The translations under genes and the position numbers were made by a program. The notes below the pieces were generated by a model. That model was not told the DNA's origin. It saw only the letters and a program-made list of their open reading frames with translations, and did no database searches. DNA of 64,000 nucleotides from Candidatus Lloydbacteria bacterium. Its GTDB lineage: Bacteria; Patescibacteriota; Minisyncoccia; Phycocordibacterales; UBA6899. The DNA is taken from contig JAYSTI010000015.1 of NCBI GenBank assembly GCA_043719805.1, forward strand, positions 4,881 to 68,880. Direction: 5' to 3'. Below are positions 30,035 through 39,192 of the stretch, one piece after another; the stretch's first letter is position 1, and each line of letters starts with the position of its first letter.

Positions 30035-31201
30035 GTGAATTATTACAACCCACTCATGCAATTTGTTCGTTCGAGAACATTGAGCGCCGCAATCATCATT
30101 GCGATGGTTGGTTTGGTGTTTCCGGCATTTCAACTCTTCACTCCAACCTACGCAGCACAGCTAAGCCTCGTAAGTGCCACGGCGTCTACGTCAGCCCCGT
30201 CGGTTTCGACGAACTACATGGTGAGGTTTACGAACATAAACACAATAGGCCAGGCAGTGACGGCATCAACATCGAGGATAACGTTTGACCCTCTTGGGAA
30301 CTCATTCGATTTTTCTTCACTCGTCGTCGGCGATATTACAGTCTCGGGTCCTCAGGTGACGACAAGAACCGGAATAGGTGGCTGCACGGGGCCGACAACA
30401 AATGAAATGTATCCGTCATCAATTGGCGTAAATCCCGACTATATTGAGCTTTCTACTTGCGTTGGCGACACTGTTCCCGCAGGTGCCATTTTGGTTAATA
30501 TGGCAAATGCTCATGTCGTGAATCCTGCAGCCGTTGGCTCGTATATTGTGCGCATTAACGGCACAATGACCGATTCCGCCGACACCCGTGTCGCAACCAT
30601 AAACTCCGTGACAATGACAGGAATCGTCGGCACCAATCTAACTTTCACGGTTGCCACTGTCGCCTCGAGTTCACTGGTCAACGGGGATACAACCTCAACG
30701 TCGAGTTCGGCGACGGCAATTGGGTTTGGCACACTTTCGGTTGGTACCTCGTCTATCGCCGCACAGGACATCACTGTTCAGACAAATGCATTAAATGGTT
30801 TCAGTGTAACGGTAACCGAAAACCAAGACCTCACTTCTTCCAACGGTGCGACTATCAACGCGTTTAGAGACGGCAATCCAGCACCAGGTGGCATCCTCGC
30901 TGCCCCCGCAGCTTGGGGTGCCGCCCCGTTGGGTACGATTGGTAATGCGAACTCCTACGGTCACATGGGGGTTACCTCTGAGGATTCAACGTTACCGGCC
31001 GATGACTTCGGCTCCGCATTCTACGGAGGACTCACCTCGACCTCAACGCGCACGGTGCTCTATCACACTGGTCCCGCAGACGCATCAACTGCAAACATCG
31101 GAGCTACTCGTGTGGGATTCCGTGTGCAGATTACCTCACTCCAGGAAGCCGGAACTGACTACACGAATCAGATCCGCTACGTCTGCACCCCGATTTTTTA
31201 G
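30035..31201 (+). CDS. Paralogue family B, copy 2
   Basis: A 388-aa ORF. The motifs AQLSLVSATASTSAPSVSTNYMVRFTN and the terminal ...QIRYVCTPIF are present. The 3' ~350 nt are about 85% identical in nucleotide sequence to copy 1. Confidence 0.65.
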   Translation: MNYYNPLMQFVRSRTLSAAIIIAMVGLVFPAFQLFTPTYAAQLSLVSATASTSAPSVSTNYMVRFTNINTIGQAVTASTSRITFDPLGNSFDFSSLVVGDITVSGPQVTTRTGIGGCTGPTTNEMYPSSIGVNPDYIELSTCVGDTVPAGAILVNMANAHVVNPAAVGSYIVRINGTMTDSADTRVATINSVTMTGIVGTNLTFTVATVASSSLVNGDTTSTSSSATAIGFGTLSVGTSSIAAQDITVQTNALNGFSVTVTENQDLTSSNGATINAFRDGNPAPGGILAAPAAWGAAPLGTIGNANSYGHMGVTSEDSTLPADDFGSAFYGGLTSTSTRTVLYHTGPADASTANIGATRVGFRVQITSLQEAGTDYTNQIRYVCTPIF

Positions 31202-31233
31202 GGTTACATTTTTAAACTCCGAATAGGTGACAA

Positions 31234-31262
31234 AAAAGCAAGCTCAAGCTGAGCTTGCTTTT
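31234..31262 (+). terminator. Rho-independent terminator after family-B copy 2
   Basis: The hairpin is aaaagcaagctca-agc-tgagcttgctttt. Confidence 0.6.
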
Positions 31263-31384
31263 ACGTAAAAAAATATATAGTGACTTATCCACTCGATATT
31301 AACAGCCTTATGAACAAATCTAAGGCGCAAATTTCTGGGGGGGGTGCTAGTGTGGGATAAGTTTGTTAAACTATTATTTGTGAT

Positions 31385-34108
31385 ATGAATATTTTTCAAG
31401 TGAACAAGATGACACAGTTGTCAATCTGTATACTAGCAGGGTTGTTTAGTTTTTCTATTGTTCACGCTCAAGGCGTAGCAGCATTTCCGCAGCGTATTAG
31501 CGTCGCCACTGATGGTACGCAGGCAAACGGGTGGTCATATCAACCACTGATTGGTGGCGATGGTCGCTTTGTTATTTTTAACTCAGGTGCGAACAATTTC
31601 GTTTCCGGAATAATTTCTACAGCTTCAGCGTATGTTCATGATAACCTGACTGGATCAACCGAGCCAGTAATTTCACTTAATGGAACGGTGAGGTATGCAT
31701 CTGCTAATTCAATTAGTAATAATGGAAGATATGTTGCTTTTAATTCTAGCGACTCCAGCCTTGTTTCTGGTGACACAAATGGTCAAATGGATACTTTTGT
31801 GCAAGACGTGACGACTGGCATAACAATTCGCGTAAGCATGGCAGCGGGCAATATTGAAAGTAACGGATATTCTACTCCATGGGCAGTAAGTAATGACGGA
31901 AATTTCACACTTTTTGATTCCAGTGCTACCAATCTTGTGCCTAACGACACGAATGGAGCATCTGATATTTTTTTGCGAGATATCAGTAATGGAGTCACTA
32001 CCAGGGTGAGTGTGGCAACTGATGGAACGCAGGGCGGCGGCGCATCCACTGGTCTTGCAAATTTTTCTGTTGACGCGCGCTTTGTCGTTTTTACATCAGA
32101 CGCAAATAATCTCGTTTCAGGTGACGCTGGTGGTAGGGATGTTTTTCTTCACGATAGAATAAGTGGCGCTACGACGCTTGTGAGTACCGCTTCCGATGGT
32201 ACTCAAGGAAATGGACAATGTGGCTATTGCGAGGGTTATCCAGAAATTTCTGGCAATGGCCGATTCATTGTATTTATTTCTAGTGCAACGAATTTGGTTT
32301 CTGGCGACACGAACGGTGTCACAGATGTTTTTGTAAAGGACTTACTGACTGGCATTACTACGCGCGAGAGCGTTGCAAGTGATGGATCACAAATGCTTGA
32401 CTCAGTAACTCAAGTTGGTGCGATGTATCCGCAAATTAGTGACAACGGACGATTTGTGACCTTTTCCACATTTGCTGCGAATCTTGTTGGTGACGACACG
32501 AATAATACCGTTGATGCTTTTATTCATGACCGAGATACGGGGATGACCTACAGAATTAGCGTAAACGGTTACAATTTGGAGGGTAATTCACATTCCCATC
32601 ATCCTGACGTGAGTGGTGATGGACGAGTGATAACTTTTTATTCAGACGCTACAAACATGGTTCCGGGAGACACAAACGGAGTTGGGGATATATTTGTGAA
32701 GCTAAATCCTGCACTGGTTGATGCTCGTCCGAATGCTCCAATGGGCTTTGTTGCAAGCATGGTCTCGACCTCGTCCCTCTCTCTTGCGTGGACAGATAAT
32801 TCGGCGAATGAAGATGGGTATCAGCTCGAACGTTCGTTTGATGGTGTCGCATATACGCAGATTGCAACGACGAGTGTTGATGCTGCAGGCCATATTGATA
32901 ATGGACTTTCCCCTGCGACTTCATACTACTATCGACTCCGTGCATTTAATGTTGGCGGTGCATCGGAGTATGCAACGACTTCGGCCGTTACCGAAGTGGA
33001 TAATCATGCCCCAGTATTATCCCTAATTGGCAATCAAGCAGTAAATGAGGGTGGAGTGCTTTCGCTCACCCTTTCGGCCTCTGACCGAGATGGCGACAGT
33101 ATAACTTACTCCGCATCAAATCTCCCCACAGGCGCAGTGTTTGATGCGCAAACCCATGTATTTTCTTGGACTCCCGCATTCACGCAGTCCGGGGTTTATC
33201 CCAACGTAGTGTTTACTGCGACTGATTCAGGAAATCCTACTCTGTCCATAACGGAATCCATTACAATCACCATAGACGACGTTAATCGTGCGCCGCTGCT
33301 CCTGCTAATTGGCAGTCGAGCAGTAAATGAGGGTGGAATGCTCACGTTTACCCTCTCGGCAACCGACCCCGATGAAGATAGTTTGACCTATGGTGCCTCC
33401 AACCTTCCACTGGGTGCGACGTTCGACGCGCAAACCCACACATTCTCATGGGTGCCGAGTTATAGCCAAGCAGGAAATTATACTAATATAGAGTTTACGG
33501 TCACCGACAGCGGAGGCCCTATCGAGCTCGCCGTGGAACTTGTCACAGTCACGGTGGGTGACGTGAATCGCGCGCCAGTCTTTGCGCCACTTAGTGCGCA
33601 GCAGGTACTTGAGAATGCCCCGCTTAGCTTCACTGTTTTCGCGACCGATCCGGATGGCGACACAGTCTCGCTCATGGCAACGAGCGCTCCTAGCGGGGCG
33701 ACATTCAATGCATTGACCGGTTTGTTCTCCTGGACACCCGGTCTCATGCAGGCGGGAGTCTGTGTCGTTATCTTTGTTGCAACGGACAACGGTCTACCGG
33801 TTGAACAGGCAATGATCGACGTAGTAATCACGGTTGGCGACGATCCCACCCCGGTTGAACAGGCGGCAGCCATAGTAGGCGTTGTGGTGGGCTATAACTT
33901 TCCGACAAATATAGAGAATTCTTATCTCGCTAATTTGAAGAAGGTTGAAAACTTTATCCAGAATGGACAGGTTACCTCTGCGCTTAACCAGCTGAACGCC
34001 TTCATCGTCAAGGTGAACGCTGATTATGGTCGCAGTATTATTACTCAGGTTGTACGTGATAATCTTCTCGCGATGGCCCAGCTACTGATTGCCGTGTTAA
34101 ACAACTAA
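31385..34108 (+). CDS. Large secreted protein with a PD40-like beta-propeller repeat region, an FN3 domain and three cadherin-like / putative-Ig domains
   Basis: The signal is (M)TQLSICILAGLFSFSIVHA. Repeats of the form S.DGTQ.NG.S..P.ISGDGRFV.F.S.A.NLV.GDTNG..DVF recur. The FN3 domain is LSLAWTDNSANEDGYQLERS...YYYRLRAFN. Three units of SxxDxDGDxxTYxASNLPxGAxFDAQTHxFSWxP follow. Confidence 0.7.
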   Translation: MNIFQVNKMTQLSICILAGLFSFSIVHAQGVAAFPQRISVATDGTQANGWSYQPLIGGDGRFVIFNSGANNFVSGIISTASAYVHDNLTGSTEPVISLNGTVRYASANSISNNGRYVAFNSSDSSLVSGDTNGQMDTFVQDVTTGITIRVSMAAGNIESNGYSTPWAVSNDGNFTLFDSSATNLVPNDTNGASDIFLRDISNGVTTRVSVATDGTQGGGASTGLANFSVDARFVVFTSDANNLVSGDAGGRDVFLHDRISGATTLVSTASDGTQGNGQCGYCEGYPEISGNGRFIVFISSATNLVSGDTNGVTDVFVKDLLTGITTRESVASDGSQMLDSVTQVGAMYPQISDNGRFVTFSTFAANLVGDDTNNTVDAFIHDRDTGMTYRISVNGYNLEGNSHSHHPDVSGDGRVITFYSDATNMVPGDTNGVGDIFVKLNPALVDARPNAPMGFVASMVSTSSLSLAWTDNSANEDGYQLERSFDGVAYTQIATTSVDAAGHIDNGLSPATSYYYRLRAFNVGGASEYATTSAVTEVDNHAPVLSLIGNQAVNEGGVLSLTLSASDRDGDSITYSASNLPTGAVFDAQTHVFSWTPAFTQSGVYPNVVFTATDSGNPTLSITESITITIDDVNRAPLLLLIGSRAVNEGGMLTFTLSATDPDEDSLTYGASNLPLGATFDAQTHTFSWVPSYSQAGNYTNIEFTVTDSGGPIELAVELVTVTVGDVNRAPVFAPLSAQQVLENAPLSFTVFATDPDGDTVSLMATSAPSGATFNALTGLFSWTPGLMQAGVCVVIFVATDNGLPVEQAMIDVVITVGDDPTPVEQAAAIVGVVVGYNFPTNIENSYLANLKKVENFIQNGQVTSALNQLNAFIVKVNADYGRSIITQVVRDNLLAMAQLLIAVLNN

Positions 34109-34130
34109 TCTGAGGCTAATCTGAATCAAC

Positions 34131-34165
34131 AAAGTCTCCGCGTAAGCGCGGAGACTTTGTTTTCT
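34131..34165 (+). terminator. Rho-independent terminator
   Basis: The hairpin is aaagtctccgcg-taa-gcgcggagacttt, followed by gtttt. Confidence 0.65.
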
Positions 34166-34420
34166 GTTGGCCATCGCGTGCAAATAACCTCACCCTAGGA
34201 GACAGGAACATATTACGCGAACAAGATCAGCTACGTTTTACCCCGTTTTTTTGATTTTTTCGACCGAAAATGATCAGTTAAAAACTATTTTACTATTCAA
34301 TGGTATAGTTGGGTATTTTTTTGCCCCTATGCTTATCCACTTTTGTGGACAACATTGTCGAATATAATGATATTTTCACGATTGCGCGATTTCCGAGGAG
34401 AAATCGCAACAAAATATGAG

Positions 34421-34500
34421 TTATCCACAGTTATCCACCGTAAGCGCACCACTTTTCCACAGGAGCGGTATAATTACTTGTAGGTGAGTTCTCTGTTTAT
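34421..34500 (+). promoter_or_regulatory. Promoter module, copy 3, with TTATCCACA/TTATCCACC tandem boxes, TTTTCCACA and TATAAT, upstream of family-B copy 3
   Basis: TTATCCACA is at 34421..34429. TTATCCACC is at 34431..34439. TTTTCCACA is at 34453..34461. TATAAT is at 34469..34474. Confidence 0.5.
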
Positions 34501-34672
34501 GGAAACAGAGAACAACACAAAAACATCCCATTCGCGAATAACAGAAGCGTTCTGAATATGGACTTCCCACAGGGACATATGCAACATCAGAACATTAGTG
34601 CTTCACTTTCTCCCGCTGCAAATTCTCCAAACTTGCAAGCAGTTATTCGTTATCAAAATAAAAGTTCACACT

Positions 34673-35839
34673 ATGGACTACACAAACGCATTTCGTTCTT
34701 TAATTCGCATGAGGTGGCTCGCCACGACGCTTGTCGTCGCGACCTTCTCTTGGGCACTCGGCCTACCATTTCTTTTTAATACGGCATCGGCATCTCAGCT
34801 CTTGCTGGTGAGTGCAACTGCATCATCATCTGCACCACTGGTCTCTGGAAATTACATTGTGCGATATACGAACATAAACACAATTGGTCAGGCCGTGACG
34901 GCATCAACAACAAGGATCACCTTTGACCCTGGGAGTAATTCATTCGATTTTTCGACGCTCGTCGTCGGCGATGTAACCATCTCAGGTCCTCAGGTGACGG
35001 GGAGAGCTAATATCGGTGCTTGCTCTGCACCGACCACAAATGAAATGTACCCCTCATCAATTGGCGTGAATCCAGACTATATTGAACTTACTACTTGTGT
35101 TGGTGATACCGTTGTCGCCGGTGCGCTTACTGTGAGTGTCGTAAATTCACATATAACAAATCCATCAGGTGTTGGTTCCTATGTGGTGCGTGTCGGCGGC
35201 ACAATGGCGGATTCCGCAGACACACGCGTTGCCATCATTAGCTCAGTGACCATGACCGCAATTGTTGATACCAACCTTACCTTTACAATTGCGGGTGTTG
35301 CCTCTAGTTCGCTCGTGAACGGCGACACAACCTCGACTTCGACCTCCGCAATAGCTATCGGGTTTGGCATCATCTCCGTTGGTACGTCGTCCATTGCGGC
35401 GCAGGACATTACCGTTGCTACAAATGCCTTCAATGGTTTTTCGGTGACCATCACTCAAAACCAAGACCTTCTTTCCGCGAATGGTGCAAACATCAACGCG
35501 TTTAAGGACGGCAATCCCGCACCAGGTGGTGTTCTCGATGCCCCCGTAGCCTGGACGACGCCACTAGGAACACTCGGAGTGAATAATGCATATGGTCACA
35601 TGGGTGTGACATCAGAGGATTCATCATTACCGACAGGTGACGCATTTGGCACTTCACTCTACGGTGGACTCACGTCTACGTCGACACGCACGGTCCTCTA
35701 TCACACTGCGGTGGCAGACGGTACGACTGCGCACATTGGTGCAACCCGCGTGGGATACCGCGTGCAGGTCTCGGCACTTCAGGAAGCAGCCGTCGACTAC
35801 AACAACGTTATCACCTACGTTTGTACCCCAATCTTTTAA
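34673..35839 (+). CDS. Paralogue family B, copy 3
   Basis: The start is at MDYTNAFRS, inside track ORF 34598..35839. The motifs SQLLLVSATASSSAPLVSGNYIVRYTN and the terminal ...TYVCTPIF are present. Confidence 0.65.
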   Translation: MDYTNAFRSLIRMRWLATTLVVATFSWALGLPFLFNTASASQLLLVSATASSSAPLVSGNYIVRYTNINTIGQAVTASTTRITFDPGSNSFDFSTLVVGDVTISGPQVTGRANIGACSAPTTNEMYPSSIGVNPDYIELTTCVGDTVVAGALTVSVVNSHITNPSGVGSYVVRVGGTMADSADTRVAIISSVTMTAIVDTNLTFTIAGVASSSLVNGDTTSTSTSAIAIGFGIISVGTSSIAAQDITVATNAFNGFSVTITQNQDLLSANGANINAFKDGNPAPGGVLDAPVAWTTPLGTLGVNNAYGHMGVTSEDSSLPTGDAFGTSLYGGLTSTSTRTVLYHTAVADGTTAHIGATRVGYRVQVSALQEAAVDYNNVITYVCTPIF

Positions 35840-36239
35840 AAGCACAATAGAAGCCGCCTCGCCTTGCCGTGGGGCCACTGTGATTTGGTCATACATTAGA
35901 ATATGTCTTGCCTTCTACAATCCCCATGCGTCGTATCTGCGTTCATCTGATACGCTCCACGGCAATGCAATCTAGTGTGCGTATCTTGGGTGTTCGGGCT
36001 ACCCGGAAGTGCTCGAATGCAGTCCATAGTGAAAAATGCACCAATCAATTTGATTGGTGCATTTTTTTGTCGTTTTACTGCACCGTTGCCTTTCCAAATG
36101 TGATTTATAAGATCACACTTTCCACATAGCCAATGATTCGGTACAATGGTAACTAGTCTCACTGAGGTGAGTTGTGGAAAGGAAAGAATTTATACATAGC
36201 TTATACGCCTCGCCGTGCGGGAGAGGTCCAAAATTTTTT

Positions 36240-37316
36240 ATGTCGAGATCCAATATGATTTTAAAGAGTGATTTGGTCCTTGCCGCGTTTGTCGGCTCTG
36301 CGATGCTCATCGCACCACTTTCGGCACTCGCGCAAAATAAAGTGAGTTTCAATCTTTCCCCTACGACTATTGAAGATAAAGTTGAGCCGGGCACGGAGCA
36401 CTCGTACTCGGTGCGTATCGAAAATCGTGGCGATCAGGGGACAACTCTTTATCCTGTCGCACGCAACATTTCAACAATCGGAGCCGACCATCAGCCCGTC
36501 TACATGGAAGGAGCTGACGTAAATGCGACGGAGCTTGCATCATGGATAACATACGATGAGTCAGTGCTTGATGTTCCTGCAGGCAAGGGGGCAGTGCTCC
36601 ATTTCACCATCAAATTTCCCGCCGATGCACGTCCCGGTTCGCACCTCGCGGGTTTATTTTTGACACAGAAACCGCCCGACAACCTCAAGGAAGGTTCTGC
36701 GGTGGGTTTCGATATTGGTGCAATACTCCATTTTCAAATGAAAGGGGATATCGTTGAGGACACACGCATGAGGGGATTCCGTACCGACAAGCTTATCTAT
36801 GGTTCTGCGAACGTCGTCTTTAGTGTGGAGGCGGAGAATAAGGGCAACACGCTTTCGCGCCCCCAAGGACTGATTGATATTACGGACATGTTCGGAAAGA
36901 AAGTCGAGTCACTTCCAGTGAATGAGACAGCTTACGTCATCTCACCGAACGCCACCGGAAAGTACGACGTCAACTGGAGTCCGGACGGGTTTGTCATCGG
37001 TCACTTTGAAGCGGTTGTGGCGCTCGCGGTACCTCTCGTTGACGGCGGAAATCAAACCATTTCATCGGTGACTTCGTTCTGGATACTCCCAATGAATATC
37101 ATTGGCCCGGTCTTGGGGGGTCTCCTCACGTTCATTCTCGTACTCTATTTCATGATTCGCCTCTACGTTAAACGACAGTTAGCGGGAATGGTGGGTGGAC
37201 GCGGAAGCTCGGCTGCACGTGGCGCACAGGGCATTTCACGACTTGCTGCGGTGGCCATCGGACTCTTGTTTGCGATTATTGTGGGTCTACTCATCCTCTT
37301 CTTCTACTTTGGCTAG
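36240..37316 (+). CDS. Paralogue family A, copy 3 (DUF916/DUF3324-like anchored surface protein)
   Basis: The signal is MSRSNMILKSDLVLAAFVGSAMLIAPLSALA. It has a beta-domain, a TM (IIGPVLGGLLTFILVLYFMI) and a second C-terminal TM. Confidence 0.55.
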   Translation: MSRSNMILKSDLVLAAFVGSAMLIAPLSALAQNKVSFNLSPTTIEDKVEPGTEHSYSVRIENRGDQGTTLYPVARNISTIGADHQPVYMEGADVNATELASWITYDESVLDVPAGKGAVLHFTIKFPADARPGSHLAGLFLTQKPPDNLKEGSAVGFDIGAILHFQMKGDIVEDTRMRGFRTDKLIYGSANVVFSVEAENKGNTLSRPQGLIDITDMFGKKVESLPVNETAYVISPNATGKYDVNWSPDGFVIGHFEAVVALAVPLVDGGNQTISSVTSFWILPMNIIGPVLGGLLTFILVLYFMIRLYVKRQLAGMVGGRGSSAARGAQGISRLAAVAIGLLFAIIVGLLILFFYFG

Positions 37317-37321
37317 CGAAG

Positions 37322-37354
37322 AAAATAGAGAAAGTTCACTTTCTCTATTTTTCT
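37322..37354 (+). terminator. Rho-independent terminator after family-A copy 3
   Basis: The hairpin is aaaatagagaaag-ttcac-tttctctattttt, with 13 perfect base pairs. Confidence 0.65.
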
Positions 37355-37640
37355 GAGCGACGCCAAAGCAAATTCATCATATCTGGATTGTGCCAGATAT
37401 GATGAATTTGTCATTGGTTAGCGAGAAATACTTGAGTGTGAGCACTCAGTCATTTCTGAGCGACGCCAAAGCAAATACGCAGTTGCGGGGCTTTGCCCGC
37501 TGCTGCGTATTTGTCATTGGCTAAAATGCGAAATTGCACCCCAATTATGAAAGTTTTTACGACGTGATGCCAAAGCAAATTCACCGCAGCGACGCGGTGA
37601 ATTTGCTATTTGGTATCATACGAAATTTAATCCGTCTGCT
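37355..37640 (+). repeat. Array of at least 3 hairpins with conserved flanks (GCCAAAGCAAAT...ATTTGYC) and divergent inner stems showing compensatory variation
   Basis: Unit 1 stem: caaattcatcatatctgg / ccagatatgatgaatttg. Unit 2 stem: caaatacgcagttgcgggg / gcccgctgctgcgtatttg. Unit 3 stem: gcaaattcaccgc / gcggtgaatttgc. An extra hairpin, acttgagtg..cactcagt, lies between units. Confidence 0.6.
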
Positions 37641-37681
37641 TTGCTGGAGGTTATTCTCAGCTCACTTGGTATAATCGTTCC

Positions 37682-38647
37682 ATGGAACAAGCACTAAAGA
37701 AATACTGGAAAGAAAAAAAGCCTACGAGTAATTGTGATATCTTGGTTGTGACGCTTTTGGCTCCCGGACAAAGTACGAATCATCTCAATTACAAGGTGGC
37801 CACAACAAAGGGCACATACGTAGCAAGGGTGAGCAATCCAAAGGAGGTCCTCCCACACGGAGATCTCGCGGATGAATTTGCGATCTTGAAACTCGCAGAA
37901 AGATACAACGTGGGACCACGTGCGATTTGTATAGACAGTAAACACTTTGATTTCACGCTGTTGGTTGAGGAGTATCTCGACGGTGTTCCTTATTCGGAGC
38001 TGAGTGAAGCCGATGCAAAGGAGTTTCAGGGCGCCATTGAATTGTTGCTCAAGGTGAGTAGTATGGAGATTTCTAAAGAGCGGTTTCCGCATAAGTCTAC
38101 TTATCTGACGTATGTGACGAACTTCACCGTATGGCATGAGAGACTTCTGGAGATTTCCCGGGCTGTTGGAGAAGAGAGTGCGCTCGTTCGGCAATTCGGG
38201 CAAATTGCAAAAGAAGCTGAAAACATTCTTCAAAAAAAAGAGCATCTTCTCGCGGGTGCGCCAAAGGAGTTCATTTATAATGACGTACATCCGGGGAATA
38301 TGTTTTGGATGCCTCTCGATCACAGCGCAAAATTCATTGACTGGCAGAAGGTGAGCCTTGGTGATCCGACTTTTATGGCCGCACTTTTCGCGAGACGATT
38401 TGGCTCTATTTGGAGGGAGGATAATGCACAATTTGCCACGAGGGTCATGAAAGCATGTGTGGACAAGAAGCAAGTACCAAATTTTAATGAATTGTTTCAT
38501 GCTCGACTTCTTGAGAGGGCAGTGTCGGACATGATTTGGGTCGTCTGGGCTGATGTGAAAAGAGGGAATGAGGCGAATGTTTCTCCCGCAGAAGCGAACC
38601 CATATTATCTTGAGGCGAAGTCGTTGATGTCCACATTTTCGATGTGA
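37682..38647 (+). CDS. Aminoglycoside-phosphotransferase / choline-kinase-family kinase (APH fold)
   Basis: The catalytic loop is YNDVHPGNMFW (HxxN). The divalent-cation-binding motif is FIDWQ. Confidence 0.7.
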   Translation: MEQALKKYWKEKKPTSNCDILVVTLLAPGQSTNHLNYKVATTKGTYVARVSNPKEVLPHGDLADEFAILKLAERYNVGPRAICIDSKHFDFTLLVEEYLDGVPYSELSEADAKEFQGAIELLLKVSSMEISKERFPHKSTYLTYVTNFTVWHERLLEISRAVGEESALVRQFGQIAKEAENILQKKEHLLAGAPKEFIYNDVHPGNMFWMPLDHSAKFIDWQKVSLGDPTFMAALFARRFGSIWREDNAQFATRVMKACVDKKQVPNFNELFHARLLERAVSDMIWVVWADVKRGNEANVSPAEANPYYLEAKSLMSTFSM

Positions 38648-38749
38648 GTTCCATGTGGTTGCACTCCCAGTCATTAAAGAGATTTCCCGACGCTGAGGGT
38701 GCGTGAAAGGTCTTTACCTAAGGGCAATTTAGCCATAAAATGAGGCCAT

Positions 38750-39184
38750 ATGGCCATTTGGAAGGATAAGGTGGGCAAAAAGGCAACAATTCAATATGCA
38801 GCGATACTTATCGTGGGCTTTGCCGTGCTTACGCAGCTCACTTTTGACGGATTCGCGCCGATAAAAAATATTGCACTTCAGGCGACGGAAAATATTGCCG
38901 GAGTAATTGGTATTGCGGGATCAGTTGCACCTAATGAATATAATGACCTCGCCGCACAGATTGACCAGAAAAATGAAGAGCTCACGCTTCGCGAGCAAGC
39001 ATTGGCGGTCCGAGAGGAAGCGCTTTTCTCGGGGAATGACCGCATTACCCTCGACGTACTTTTCGGTATCACGGGGCTCCTTTTACTGCTCATTTCGCTC
39101 AATTTTTACTACGATTGGAGGCGCGGTCCTTCGGTTGATTATGTTGGACCGTCTCATCGGGACGAAATGACAACTCGACTGTAA
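38750..39184 (+). CDS. Hypothetical membrane protein with a coiled-coil segment
   Basis: A 144-aa ORF with two hydrophobic helices flanking a helical charged region. Confidence 0.4.
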   Translation: MAIWKDKVGKKATIQYAAILIVGFAVLTQLTFDGFAPIKNIALQATENIAGVIGIAGSVAPNEYNDLAAQIDQKNEELTLREQALAVREEALFSGNDRITLDVLFGITGLLLLLISLNFYYDWRRGPSVDYVGPSHRDEMTTRL

Positions 39185-39192
39185 CAATTACA

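Noticed and set aside
37694-38674. 326-aa minus-strand ORF fully overlapping the APH-family kinase gene
   Set aside because: The plus-strand product has clear kinase motifs (HPGN, IDWQ). The antisense translation has no recognisable features and is Arg/Leu-rich shadow sequence.
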